The notes: generated by a model from the letters alone, not told the origin. 64,000 nt of DNA from Pseudomonadota bacterium (GCA_018818835.1 JAHIRD010000141.1:4608-68607); one strand, 5' to 3'; shown: positions 24,664-34,207, counted from the stretch's first letter. Program-made: numbers and translations.

Positions 24664-27600
24664 ATGAAAAAACGTTTATTCGTATGGGTAATGGCTATGG
24701 GGCTTGGCTTATTTTTAAGCGCCTGTGGAATGATGAGTGATGATTCAACAGACAATGGTGACGCATTTCAGAAAAATCAGACACAGAATCCTGATGATCC
24801 CTATCCGGAATTTAAGCTTCTTGAGATATTCGATGGTCGTGGCGCTCTTGAGGAAATTTGGGACAGCATTGATGCCAAGAAAACCAACCCGCCTTTGGAA
24901 TGTACGGTGGATCGTTACACCGATGAGTTTGTGACCTTTTCCAATGTAACGGCCGGAATTCTCCGTGCTGATAGCCAGCCCGCAGCCCATCTTTTATCCG
25001 TAGAAACAGCGAGTATTCTTGGGCTCATACGAAATGAGGACCCGTCTTTTATAGAAAGCCCCCCGGATATCGGGGCCTTTTACAGCAAGAGTTCTGATGT
25101 TTACGCCGATGATTTTTACGCCTTTCTGGACAAACTCTGGGAAGGGGATCATAACCCGGGAGACCAGGCCATAGCAGCTATTGCAGGCAAGGTTGTGAAC
25201 CGGATTCTGGCAAAAAAAGATGCCGGAGAAATCCTTGCAGACATGCAGGACATGATCGATGATATTCTGGATGATAAGTTTGACCGGGATTTCAATGATT
25301 TGGCTTCACTTCTGGGTAAGCTCCTGCTCCAGGCAGATTATCCCCTCTGGATAGATACTGACGGGAATCCGGTGGGCCGGGATTTAATTGATCCTTCTTT
25401 GGATACCAATCTGGGAGTGGGTAACGCCGTTGAAGGCATGAACACCTTTGTGAACTGGCTTAACAAAATGATGTCAAACGTCCAGTCACGGGAAATGCTC
25501 TATGGTGTGATCCGGGAATCCGTAAAAATGTTCGATCCCGATCCCGACTCTTTGAACAGTGAAAAAGTCAAAGTTCTGCTGCAAAATATCGAAGACCATT
25601 TTACCAAAGGCGGTTTGGTTTACGAGGCCAACCCCCTTTACAAAAGTCTGCCTGCTGACCCCACATACACCGATTCCGAACTGGGGCAGACCGTCCGTGA
25701 ATTCATGCCCTACCTGGCCCAACTCCTGGCCCGGTCAGACCGGCCCATTTCCCTGATCAAAAATGATCAGGACGAAGAACCGGTTTATCTTCTCAGGGAG
25801 CTTGTGAATTCCTTGAAAAGTATTGGATATGATCCGGATACCCTGAGCATGGAAGACTCTCTGACCATGATGATGCAACACGACCTTCTGGGGCGGGACC
25901 GGACCCAGGCTGATTCCGGTGCCTTCCCGGCATCAATGGCCGAAAGCCTGGTCTTTCTCACCTGCGCCACCACCCATTTCGGGTTTGAAGATGGGGGGAA
26001 TACGGGAGAAACGACTGCAGCTGTGAATCCCATTACTCAGCACGGTCATGGGGATTATACCGAGGCTATGAGCCTGAACGATTCATTGATCAGCATGACC
26101 ACCACGAAGACCGCGGGCCTTTTGGGTCTTTATGATATCTCTCTTTTGGATGGGGATGACGAGTATCTGTCCCGAAGCAGTGTTCCATTTACCACAGCCA
26201 CCCGGAGCAACTACAAGTACGATGTTGACCAGGATTACCCGATTCTTGGTGCCTTGCCCGGGACCTGCGCCGGGGATTTCGGAACGCCGGATGGTGGAAA
26301 TCAAGGCGGGGCGATTATCCCAAAAAATCAATACAAACCTTACAACCCCACCGGCCTCGGGGAAACCCAACTGGCGGCCTGGACCGTTAACTGGGCCGTT
26401 AGAAGCTGTTTCGGCGGAGAAGGCCCCTATTATTACGAGAATCCCAATGCAGACATTGTGACGGTAGACGGGAAAGACTTTTACGCGTATCTGCGTCCCG
26501 ATGGAAGGGTCTACGCCCTGGTCAACAAGGACAACGATGTCTGGGAATACATTTATCCTACGGATGAGAGAGATGCGGAAGATCCGGAAACATCTGTTCT
26601 TGGTGATTACAACAACCTGAGGCAGCGTTTCAATCGATATAAATCCACCTGGCATTCGGATTATTACATGTACCGTCGAAGCAATCAGATCCGTACGGTG
26701 GACAACAGCAGCGGCAATTTGGAAACCCGTGCACTGAATGACGGTGATTCTGCACGGTCCCTGACCTATAATGAATTGATCCCCGAGGACGATGAAACGC
26801 ATATGAGGGCCTGTTCCAGTCCTGAAGAGGCTTTTTTCAGGAATTATCAATGGGTGTACATGGAGAAAAAAATGGTGCTGGTTATCCCCCAGAGTCTGTC
26901 TGTGAATGTCTTGGGCCTGGGCTTGGGGTATGGCTCCGTGTTTATGGTTATGGAGGCCCATGGATGGTCCGGGCTGGCAAACTTGCGAATTTTTAATGGC
27001 AATCATGTCTGGGCAAAAAAAGGAACGAACGGGACTTCGGATATCCCCGGTGATTATCGGGTGGAGTTGATCGCCGATATGGTATTTCCAGCCTCATTGG
27101 CTGTGACGACCAATACGGTATATAATTCGACCCTGGGCCGGGGTAATGCCAATCCGGCCATCATCGGCAAGAACCTGCCGGCGCTGTACCGGTTGGCCTT
27201 CCCCCTCAGCCCGGGAATGGACCGGGGTAACGGCATTGTGGATGTGGAGCTGGGTTCCCGTGATTTCCAAGTGGATGATGCCATTTGGCAGGACCGAAGC
27301 GCTGTCGCGCCAGCCTTTGTTTCTTTGCTCCAGGCCATTGAAAAAAACCGGGTCAATTATTCGGATTATGATCGTAACTCACTGAAGAACGGAATTCTCG
27401 GAAATGTGAATAATTTGGCTCCCCTGATGAAGCCACTGATTTATTACAGTAAAAACACAGACGGAACCTTCCCCAAAGAAACCTGGAAAGTTCGAGTGCA
27501 GACGGCACCCAGTAGCGAAGATTGGTTTGGTGAGCCCTATTTGCAACCCAGCGTCGGTTTTGACACAGAAGAAGCACAGAGGTGGGATGGGACAGATCAC

Positions 27601-28740
27601 GAGTGGCAGCATTACCAGCCTGCGGTGATGAAAGATTTGATCAATGTCTTGATTGACAGTGATATCACCGCACCGGTGGCTGATGGAAAGAGAATGGACG
27701 GGATACTTCCGGTGTTGGCTGAAAACCATACGGTGACCAACCTTCTCAAGGTGCTGATGAGTGATACCAACGATAGCAATGATCTGTATAGTGCTCTGGA
27801 GCAGATTGTGGGAGCCGTTAAATACACTGAAGGGCAGATGACGAAAATCAATCGGGCAGCGGACGCCACAAAGAAAATTCCATTTCCTGACTGGATGTTC
27901 GCCCAGGGAACAGGTGCCGACGAATTTGGTTTTTATACGGATTATTCCGATGTGCGTGATGAGGATATCATTCTTGACATCGGTCTGGACCGGCTGATAG
28001 GGCATAACAGCTTTGAGGATGGCACCTTCCATGAGGGCTATGGCTTGGCCAACTACGTGGATGAACAGGAAAATCTCACCCCGGTTGCCTGGGCTGATTT
28101 TGACAAGGATGTGGACACCCTGGAAGATCTTCTCTACCCTGGCCCGGTAACCTATGATGGAGTGCCTTACGTTGAAAATCCCTATTGCATCGTAGAGTCA
28201 ATTATAGATATGCAGGATGCTATTTTTGCAAGGGATTCTCTGTATTCCCAAGATCAGGTTGCAGGTCTCTTGTACACGCTCGGCAAGATGTTTACCCGCT
28301 ATGACAGCGAACTGGGCCAATGGGTGGTTCAAGGAGACGCTGGATTCGCAGACCTATACACTATTCTGAAGGTCAGGGTTCCGGCCATTCATGATCTGGT
28401 CAAGGACGATACCGGAGCCAATTATTGGGCCTTTATGGTTGTGAACGGGGATATGCTTGTGAACAAGGATATGCTTGCCCTGGAAAATCCCTGCGGGATC
28501 TCCAACGGTATGATACCCTATCTTCTGGAAGCCATGAGCAGTGATGACGGGGCTGAAAACATCATGAGAGATGCTCACACCTTTTTGATGGATGATCTCG
28601 TCTCTGAACCTGCTCCTTTGTGGTCCACCTTGGCCGATCTATTGTCGGATATGGCAACGGCCACGAAGGAGGCCAAGGAAGGTAATCTGGTTGAAAAGGT
28701 ATTCGAAAACTACGGGTTCCAACGTAACGGGGATTATTGA
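24664..28740 (+). CDS. Giant lipoprotein (1358 aa), unknown function; paralog 2
   Basis: ATG at 24664 lies 7 nt after GGAG. MKKRLFVWVMAMGLGLFLSAC carries a lipobox (LSAC). Collinear with paralog 1; by eye well over half of the residues are identical. Confidence 0.85.
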   Translation: MKKRLFVWVMAMGLGLFLSACGMMSDDSTDNGDAFQKNQTQNPDDPYPEFKLLEIFDGRGALEEIWDSIDAKKTNPPLECTVDRYTDEFVTFSNVTAGILRADSQPAAHLLSVETASILGLIRNEDPSFIESPPDIGAFYSKSSDVYADDFYAFLDKLWEGDHNPGDQAIAAIAGKVVNRILAKKDAGEILADMQDMIDDILDDKFDRDFNDLASLLGKLLLQADYPLWIDTDGNPVGRDLIDPSLDTNLGVGNAVEGMNTFVNWLNKMMSNVQSREMLYGVIRESVKMFDPDPDSLNSEKVKVLLQNIEDHFTKGGLVYEANPLYKSLPADPTYTDSELGQTVREFMPYLAQLLARSDRPISLIKNDQDEEPVYLLRELVNSLKSIGYDPDTLSMEDSLTMMMQHDLLGRDRTQADSGAFPASMAESLVFLTCATTHFGFEDGGNTGETTAAVNPITQHGHGDYTEAMSLNDSLISMTTTKTAGLLGLYDISLLDGDDEYLSRSSVPFTTATRSNYKYDVDQDYPILGALPGTCAGDFGTPDGGNQGGAIIPKNQYKPYNPTGLGETQLAAWTVNWAVRSCFGGEGPYYYENPNADIVTVDGKDFYAYLRPDGRVYALVNKDNDVWEYIYPTDERDAEDPETSVLGDYNNLRQRFNRYKSTWHSDYYMYRRSNQIRTVDNSSGNLETRALNDGDSARSLTYNELIPEDDETHMRACSSPEEAFFRNYQWVYMEKKMVLVIPQSLSVNVLGLGLGYGSVFMVMEAHGWSGLANLRIFNGNHVWAKKGTNGTSDIPGDYRVELIADMVFPASLAVTTNTVYNSTLGRGNANPAIIGKNLPALYRLAFPLSPGMDRGNGIVDVELGSRDFQVDDAIWQDRSAVAPAFVSLLQAIEKNRVNYSDYDRNSLKNGILGNVNNLAPLMKPLIYYSKNTDGTFPKETWKVRVQTAPSSEDWFGEPYLQPSVGFDTEEAQRWDGTDHEWQHYQPAVMKDLINVLIDSDITAPVADGKRMDGILPVLAENHTVTNLLKVLMSDTNDSNDLYSALEQIVGAVKYTEGQMTKINRAADATKKIPFPDWMFAQGTGADEFGFYTDYSDVRDEDIILDIGLDRLIGHNSFEDGTFHEGYGLANYVDEQENLTPVAWADFDKDVDTLEDLLYPGPVTYDGVPYVENPYCIVESIIDMQDAIFARDSLYSQDQVAGLLYTLGKMFTRYDSELGQWVVQGDAGFADLYTILKVRVPAIHDLVKDDTGANYWAFMVVNGDMLVNKDMLALENPCGISNGMIPYLLEAMSSDDGAENIMRDAHTFLMDDLVSEPAPLWSTLADLLSDMATATKEAKEGNLVEKVFENYGFQRNGDY

Positions 28741-28771
28741 TCCCGGCAATTCCATGACATGATCTCTTGAT

Positions 28772-28804
28772 AAGGGCGGGTCCTTGACCCGTCCTTATTT
28801 TTTC
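28772..28804 (+). terminator. Rho-independent terminator of paralog 2
   Basis: AAGGGCGGGT-ccttg-ACCCGTCCTT followed by ATTTTTT. Confidence 0.6.
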
Positions 28805-29039
28805 TTAAACACTGGAAGATAATAGGACATATAAGTCCCATGGGTCCCATAGGTCCCATAAGACTTTTATGTCCTTTTTTTTAGAAAACCTGTGTTTTCC
28901 AGGGCGGAGTCCCCGGCTTTTCTTTTCAGGTTTGTTTGATCAAGGGATTGATCAAACAAATCACGATGTGATACATTTAATTCACGTATTTTTTATTCTG
29001 TGTCATGGCAATTCCCAGTTTAATTCACGAGGCCACTGT

Positions 29040-30470
29040 ATGTTTAGGCTATTGATGACATGGCGAACCATTCTTGACATTGTGCTCATCGCCGGAGCGC
29101 TTTTCTTTTTGTACAGGACTCTGATCCGCCTGGGAACCTGGAAGATCGTGTCCGGGATTCTAATTGCGGCCATTGTGTTTATCCTTTCAAGTTTTATGGA
29201 TTTGAAAGGCATTGAATGGATTTACCAAAATCTCAGCCATGTTGCCGTCATCAGCCTGGTGGTGATTTTTCAGCCAGAACTCCGAAAAATCTTGGAGAAA
29301 ACTGCCACCATGAGGCGGAACAAAGGCCTGGCCTATGATGAAGAATTTTCCAAGCTCATTGCCGGGAGTATTTGGGAAATGGCATCCAAGCGGATCGGGG
29401 CGATTATTGTCATCCCCGGCAATGAACCGGTGACACCCTGGTTGACCGGTGGCCTTCCCATCGACGCCATCCCAAGCCATTCATTGATTTTGAGTATCTT
29501 TGACCCCAACTCTCCTGGCCATGACGGCGCTTTGATTGTCAATCAAGGAAAGCTTTCCTCTTTTGGTGTCCGCCTGCCGATTTCAAGAAGCGGAAAACTT
29601 TCGGAGGATTTCGGCACTCGACATCAGGCTGCCATGGGTTTGAGTGAACGGTGCGATGCCCTGGTCATTGTCGCTTCGGAGGAGCGTGGGGTTGTCTCGG
29701 TGTTCTTTAACGGTGGAATCAGTACCATGGCCGGTGAACAGATGATTTTCGATGCCATTTGTTCTCACTGCAATGACGACGGAACCTCCCATCTGGATAT
29801 TCAGCCTGTGCATATGGGGCGGAAAATCATCAGGGATGGCGTGGGTTCCCTTCTGGTCGCCCTGATTTTCTGGTTGACGATGATTTATTCCCAAAGTGAA
29901 ATCTTGGAAAAAATTATTTCAGTGCCCATCGAATACACTGCCACGGCCCAGGACGTGGTCATGATCGGAGAAAAACCCAAGGAGATAAGGGCCCATCTTA
30001 CGGGTTCCAAGTCCGACCTGGACGCCTTGAACCCCGCCTCCCTGAGTGTCAAGCTCGACCTATCCAAATCCGAGGAGGGCAAGCAGACATTTCCCATCAA
30101 CGAAGACAATATCCAGCTGCCCAAAGGACTCCGGCTCATCGACGTGGAACCGTCCTCGGTTGATATCACCATGGCCAAGCTCATCATGAAAGAGGTTGGT
30201 ATCAACCCCCAGCTCGTGGGCAAACTGCCCGATGGGTTTGAACTGGTTTCGGTCAAAACCGTGCCGGAAAAAATAGCCGTGTCCCTGCCATCGGCAGAAA
30301 ACGGTCAGACAAGCCAACATGTGACCACCACACCGGTCTACCTCAGCACCATCCGGGAAACCACCACCTTGTTCTGCAAAATCGTGGCCCCGCCCACGGT
30401 GCAACTTCGTGAAAAACAATGGCCGGATGTGTCGGTGACCCTCACCGTCAAGGAGGTCAAACCGCGATAA
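29040..30470 (+). CDS. cdaA: Diadenylate cyclase CdaA fused to C-terminal YbbR (CdaR-like) domains
   Basis: The preferred start is ATG 29040 (MFRLLMTWRTILDIVLIAGALFFLYRTL). Three N-terminal TM segments, IFQPELRKILE, and DAC-domain motifs GHDGALIV and GTRHQAAMGLSE. A further TM follows, then YbbR-like repeats (ISVPIEYTA..., LSVKLDLS..., VEPSSVDITMAK). Confidence 0.8.
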   Translation: MFRLLMTWRTILDIVLIAGALFFLYRTLIRLGTWKIVSGILIAAIVFILSSFMDLKGIEWIYQNLSHVAVISLVVIFQPELRKILEKTATMRRNKGLAYDEEFSKLIAGSIWEMASKRIGAIIVIPGNEPVTPWLTGGLPIDAIPSHSLILSIFDPNSPGHDGALIVNQGKLSSFGVRLPISRSGKLSEDFGTRHQAAMGLSERCDALVIVASEERGVVSVFFNGGISTMAGEQMIFDAICSHCNDDGTSHLDIQPVHMGRKIIRDGVGSLLVALIFWLTMIYSQSEILEKIISVPIEYTATAQDVVMIGEKPKEIRAHLTGSKSDLDALNPASLSVKLDLSKSEEGKQTFPINEDNIQLPKGLRLIDVEPSSVDITMAKLIMKEVGINPQLVGKLPDGFELVSVKTVPEKIAVSLPSAENGQTSQHVTTTPVYLSTIRETTTLFCKIVAPPTVQLREKQWPDVSVTLTVKEVKPR

Positions 30471-30502
30471 CGGGGATTAATGGTCCCGCTTATTCTGTGA
30501 CA

Positions 30503-31081
30503 TTATAAAGAAAAAACCCCATGCCCATGGAGGATATTGATGCCGATGACGATCAGGACCAGTCCGCCCAGGATTTCGGTGTAACGGCTGAGCCGGGTCA
30601 TGTTGCCCAGTCTGGCCCCCATATTTATGCCCACGGCGGTGAACAGGGCCGCCACAATACCGATGACCAGGGCCGGATAAACAATGGACACATTCAAAAC
30701 AGACAGGGTGAAGCCAATGGCCAGGGCATCGATGCTGGTGGCCACGGAAAGAACAATCAGTTTGATTGATTTTGTCGGGTCCTTAGGGGGTGGGGCATCA
30801 TCATCCTTTTCAGCAAAAGCTTCTACCAGCATTTTTCCTCCCACCATCAAAAGCAGCCCAAAGGCGATCCAATGATCATATTTTTCGATGTAGGAGATCA
30901 CATGAACCCCCAGGCTCCATCCCAGAACAGGCATCAGGGCCTGGAATAGGCCAAAGTGCCAGGATAGCCGGAGGGTCTGACGCAAGCTGACCTTTTTTAA
31001 AATGATACCGGAGGCAATGGACACGGCAAAGGCATCCATGGCAAGGGCAACGGCAATGGCCATGATATTGAAAAGAGTCAT
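30503..31081 (-). CDS. mntP: Manganese efflux pump MntP
   Basis: MTLFNIMAIAVALAMDAFAVSIASG, HWIAFGLLLMVGGKML, SIDALAIGFTLS and EILGGLVLIVIGINIL align along the full length with E. coli MntP as I recall it. Confidence 0.85.
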   Translation of the reverse strand: MTLFNIMAIAVALAMDAFAVSIASGIILKKVSLRQTLRLSWHFGLFQALMPVLGWSLGVHVISYIEKYDHWIAFGLLLMVGGKMLVEAFAEKDDDAPPPKDPTKSIKLIVLSVATSIDALAIGFTLSVLNVSIVYPALVIGIVAALFTAVGINMGARLGNMTRLSRYTEILGGLVLIVIGINILHGHGVFSL

Positions 31082-31434
31082 TGTTTTTCCTCTTGTTTGA
31101 CAATAAAAAGCGGATTATAGACGTAATGAAGGGGATTGGCAACGATCATAATCCAATGTTTAATGGTTTATGCTGAGACGGATACGTCATGTATTTCGTA
31201 TCAGCAAGAATAACTTAATCGTTTTTTTTATTGATTCTTGTTTTGAAATATGGGACTGTTACCATGATTTAAGGTGGGGTAGATTCTTTCATATGGTTAT
31301 GATATTACCGGTAATGTGAAACTAACCGGAGAACAGTATATCCGAAAAATACGGCATCCTTCAATCTCATGAGAGTGTTTGGCGGTATCTGGGCTTTCCG
31401 GCCAAAGGGTTTTACGGGCGTTCATGGGGAGAAA

Positions 31435-31827
31435 ATGGTGATGTTAACAGAAAACAGGCTTGATCGACGTTTCTTTGAACGATTCAAAGTATTGGGCCCT
31501 GCCTATGCGGCCATTGGACCGGGTTTCGAGCGGATGGGCCACATTATCAACATCAGCAGAAGCGGAATTGCCTTCAATTATATCCAGCATGCAGGTACAC
31601 CCGCGATTTTGGGTGAAAGCTTTATACAGATCAGCGACAACTTTCAGGTGATCAGTGTCATGCCCTTTATTTCAATCCTTGATGACAGCGGTGATTTGCC
31701 TGATCCTCACAGTTCAGTTGAAATCAGATGCCACCGGGGACGTTTCGGCCCCCTTTCCCGAAACCAGCTGGATACCCTGATCGGGTTCCTCGAAGAAAAA
31801 ACACAGTTTGAACTGATCAAGAACTGA
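31435..31827 (+). CDS. Single-domain PilZ protein (c-di-GMP receptor type)
   Basis: ATG at 31435 after GGGGAGAAA. RRFFERF (RxxxR) is followed by INISRSGIAF, the (D/N)xSxxG motif. Confidence 0.65.
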   Translation: MVMLTENRLDRRFFERFKVLGPAYAAIGPGFERMGHIINISRSGIAFNYIQHAGTPAILGESFIQISDNFQVISVMPFISILDDSGDLPDPHSSVEIRCHRGRFGPLSRNQLDTLIGFLEEKTQFELIKN

Positions 31828-32266
31828 ATAAAATGGCCGGCACTAAGGGCTCTGTGAGACTGCCTTGTAAAATTTAGTTGCTCTTGCTGGAAATTAGAAG
31901 ACGCGTTTCATAACATTCTCAACATTCGATGCTTCAGAGCCCATCGTCAAAATTTATCTTATTTCCTCAAATAAATCTGTCAGGATCCTCAAGAATCTTT
32001 CTGTCGTGATGATCACCATCTATTCCTATCTTTGCGGTTTTGCGAGAGTCAACCCTTGTAAACCCATTCCCAGTCTTCATATTCCGGGAGCAAGGCCTGA
32101 TTTACATGATGTAAAAAAGCCTGACATACCCGGGTTCCCCTTTGATTTAAAATCCAACTCTTAAGAACAATTCCTTAGGTTTTGCGACGGCGTTCGTGCT
32201 CCAAAACAGTGTCGTGGGGCAATGCACAGGTGTTTCTCGGTTTTCTTCACGTGGGCCATGGGGCCA

Positions 32267-32282
32267 TGGCATATCTTTTGCT
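32267..32282 (+). promoter_or_regulatory. Candidate sigma-54 promoter
   Basis: TGGCATATCTTTTGCT has correct GG-N10-GC spacing and lies about 105 nt upstream of ATG 32387. Confidence 0.45.
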
Positions 32283-32386
32283 TTTATAAAGAGAAAACGC
32301 CATCATGCAACGGCCCAAAATGGACCGGGCAGCCGTATCCCTATAACAAAAACCCAATAGCATAGTGGGTTTAAAAGGAGGCCACC

Positions 32387-33133
32387 ATGACTCACCATAT
32401 AGATTTATCCGATTATAAACCGGGTGATTACAGAAAGAAACGGGTGAAACCCTCGGACTGGCTCAATGCCCAATTCCAGAAATGGTGCAGTGCACAGGAA
32501 GAGCACAAGAGACAAAAAATAGCGAAGATCATGGTTCCCACTGTGTGTATTTCGAGAAAAATCGGAGTGGGTGCCCTTGAGGTCGCCGACCACCTTTCGA
32601 ATATGATCGACTACAAAGTGGTGGATCGACAGATTTTGGAGCATATGGCTGCTGACGGGCAGCTGTCCGAAAAAACAGTCAATATTTTTGATGAACGGTA
32701 TCCTGGAAAAATGAAGGAATTTTCAGCCCTTCTTTTTGCGGAAAAATCTTTTATCAAAAGTGATTACGCTCGGCAGCTTGCCAAATCCGTAATCGCGTTG
32801 GCTAACCTTGAACCCACCATCTTTGTTGGACGGGGCACGCATCTGGTGCTTCCCAGGGAAAATGTCATGGCAGTGCGTCTGATCGGAAGCCCGGCTTACC
32901 GAATCAAACGTCTGGCCGGTATCATGGAGGTGAGCGAGGCTGAAGCGGAAAAACGTATGGCCATAATTGACAAGGAACAGCGGGAATTTTTCAAGACTAT
33001 GTATAATAAAAAAGACGCGGTTCCCTATGAATTTGATCTTGTGATTAACATGGATTACATCCCAGAGCCAAAAAAGGTAGCGAATATCATCGCCTGTGCC
33101 TTTGATGAAAAATTTGAGGACCGGAAGGTCTGA
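32387..33133 (+). CDS. Cytidylate-kinase-like family (AAA-type) protein
   Basis: VCISRKIGVGALEVADHLS resembles the ISREyGSGG N-terminal motif of the cytidylate-kinase-like family. RBS AAGGAGG. Confidence 0.55.
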   Translation: MTHHIDLSDYKPGDYRKKRVKPSDWLNAQFQKWCSAQEEHKRQKIAKIMVPTVCISRKIGVGALEVADHLSNMIDYKVVDRQILEHMAADGQLSEKTVNIFDERYPGKMKEFSALLFAEKSFIKSDYARQLAKSVIALANLEPTIFVGRGTHLVLPRENVMAVRLIGSPAYRIKRLAGIMEVSEAEAEKRMAIIDKEQREFFKTMYNKKDAVPYEFDLVINMDYIPEPKKVANIIACAFDEKFEDRKV

Positions 33134-33159
33134 TTGCCAACGTAATCATTGGCCCAACC

Positions 33160-33250
33160 CGTTCGCGTAGCTCACCGGGAGCGGGTGGTATACATTAAAC
33201 TGTTTTTAGACCTTCTCCGTACTCTTTGTGCCTCCGTGTACGGAAAATTC
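33160..33250. repeat. Family-A repeat fragment overlapping the 3' end of the pterin dehydratase gene
   Basis: cccaacccgttcgcgtagctcaccgggagcgggtgg ... cttctccgtactctttgtgcctccgtgtacgga. The same building blocks occur at 62635-62735 and 24143-24270. Confidence 0.5.
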
Positions 33251-33580
33251 ATCAAAGGCATTATCGACTTTGGCGGCAAAGATAAAATCGCTTTCCACCA
33301 GACCCTTGATTTTGTGGGTGGTGATCTCAATACCCAATCGTCCCCAGCTGATGTGAAGATCCGGGTGGTGGTTTTCCGCCTCGGCTATGTCCCCGATTTT
33401 TATGGCAAGGGCCATGGCGTCCTTGAAGTTTTTAAAGCGGAAGTTGCGCGTCAGGTGCGTGCTGTCGTCTTTCAGGTCCCAGTCCGGGTGAACCTGCTTC
33501 TTCATGGCCTGGGCCTGTTCAGGGGAAAAGGGCTTGACACCGCCCTGGCAGGGAATGCATGTTTTTTGGAATAATTCCAT
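33206..33580 (-). CDS. phhB: Pterin-4a-carbinolamine dehydratase (PCD/DCoH family)
   Basis: ATG at 33580 after GGAGG (MELFQKTCIPCQGG). The catalytic block is EAENHHPDLHISWGRLGIEITTH. Confidence 0.8.
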   Translation of the reverse strand: MELFQKTCIPCQGGVKPFSPEQAQAMKKQVHPDWDLKDDSTHLTRNFRFKNFKDAMALAIKIGDIAEAENHHPDLHISWGRLGIEITTHKIKGLVESDFIFAAKVDNAFDEFSVHGGTKSTEKV

Positions 33581-33748
33581 GGGAGCCTCCTTGTTTGAAA
33601 AAACGAATCTCATCGGCTTTCGGATATGCTGCCCTAAGCCCTTTGTGTCTCAACTAATCTTAGAATATAATCACTGTTTGAAGCAAGGGCAAGGCCATGG
33701 AATGAGGAAGGGAGCGTCTCGGAACATTCCCGGACGCTCCCTTTTAAT

Positions 33749-34204
33749 TTATTTAAGGTCGTAGGTGAATTCGTCCGTGAGGTTTTTCCCATCGGCAGTG
33801 ACTTTGGTTTTAATGGTATACGTCCCTGGATTCATCATGCTGATGTCGGCACCGAACCCATCTCCCATGGCCATACACATGGCTTTCTGGGTCTTTCCAT
33901 CCGGGCCGGTGACCATATAACCGGCCTGGCCCTTCACGGGTCCATTGGGGCCCTTGACCGTGACCATCAAGTGATGGGTGGCTTTCATGTCCATGCCTTC
34001 CATATGCCCCATTTTTTTCATGTTTTCACGCATGTCCATCATGCGGTAGTCCATGGTGTAGCCATCAACCTTTCCGGTGTGAATGGCGTCTCCATCATGG
34101 CTCATATCCATGGCCGGGGCCTGGGCTGCGAAAAGAAAGAGGGTTGCAATCAGGATTGCGAGTTTATGTGTTATTTTGTTCATGGTGTTCTCCTTTAACG
34201 TCAA
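33749..34204 (-). CDS. Periplasmic Met/His-rich metal-binding protein; last gene of the cus operon
   Basis: Signal peptide LAILIATLFLFAAQAPA, then MDMSHDGD...MMDMRENMKKMGHMEGMDMKATHH and a beta-rich C-terminal half. Its start lies 4 nt after the cusA stop. Confidence 0.55.
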   Translation of the reverse strand: MTLKENTMNKITHKLAILIATLFLFAAQAPAMDMSHDGDAIHTGKVDGYTMDYRMMDMRENMKKMGHMEGMDMKATHHLMVTVKGPNGPVKGQAGYMVTGPDGKTQKAMCMAMGDGFGADISMMNPGTYTIKTKVTADGKNLTDEFTYDLK

Positions 34205-34207
34205 TAT

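Noticed and set aside
26083-28032. Long antisense ORFs inside large genes: 26083..27006 (-), 27379..28032 (-), 35159..35770 (+), 36161..36763 (+), 17444..18148 (+) and 6421..7059 (+).
   Set aside because: They lie opposite or out of frame to genes with clear family signatures or paralog support. They have Arg/Gly/Pro/His-rich shadow-frame composition and lack RBSs.
31082-31230. Expected yybP-ykoY (Mn2+) riboswitch in the mntP leader.
   Set aside because: The mntP-sense (minus) strand lacks the GGGGAGUAG and UUGACA...AGCAAGACC blocks. Only the opposite strand shows a loose resemblance (GGGGAUUGGC ... hairpin ... AGCAAGAAU), and it has no closing P1. A cmsearch with RF00080 would settle the question; I do not call it.
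31380-31394. TGGCGGTATCTGGGC upstream of the PilZ gene, considered as a sigma-54 promoter.
   Set aside because: The spacing is correct, but the -12 region is GGGC rather than TTGC and the -24 box deviates (GCGG). It is too weak to call.
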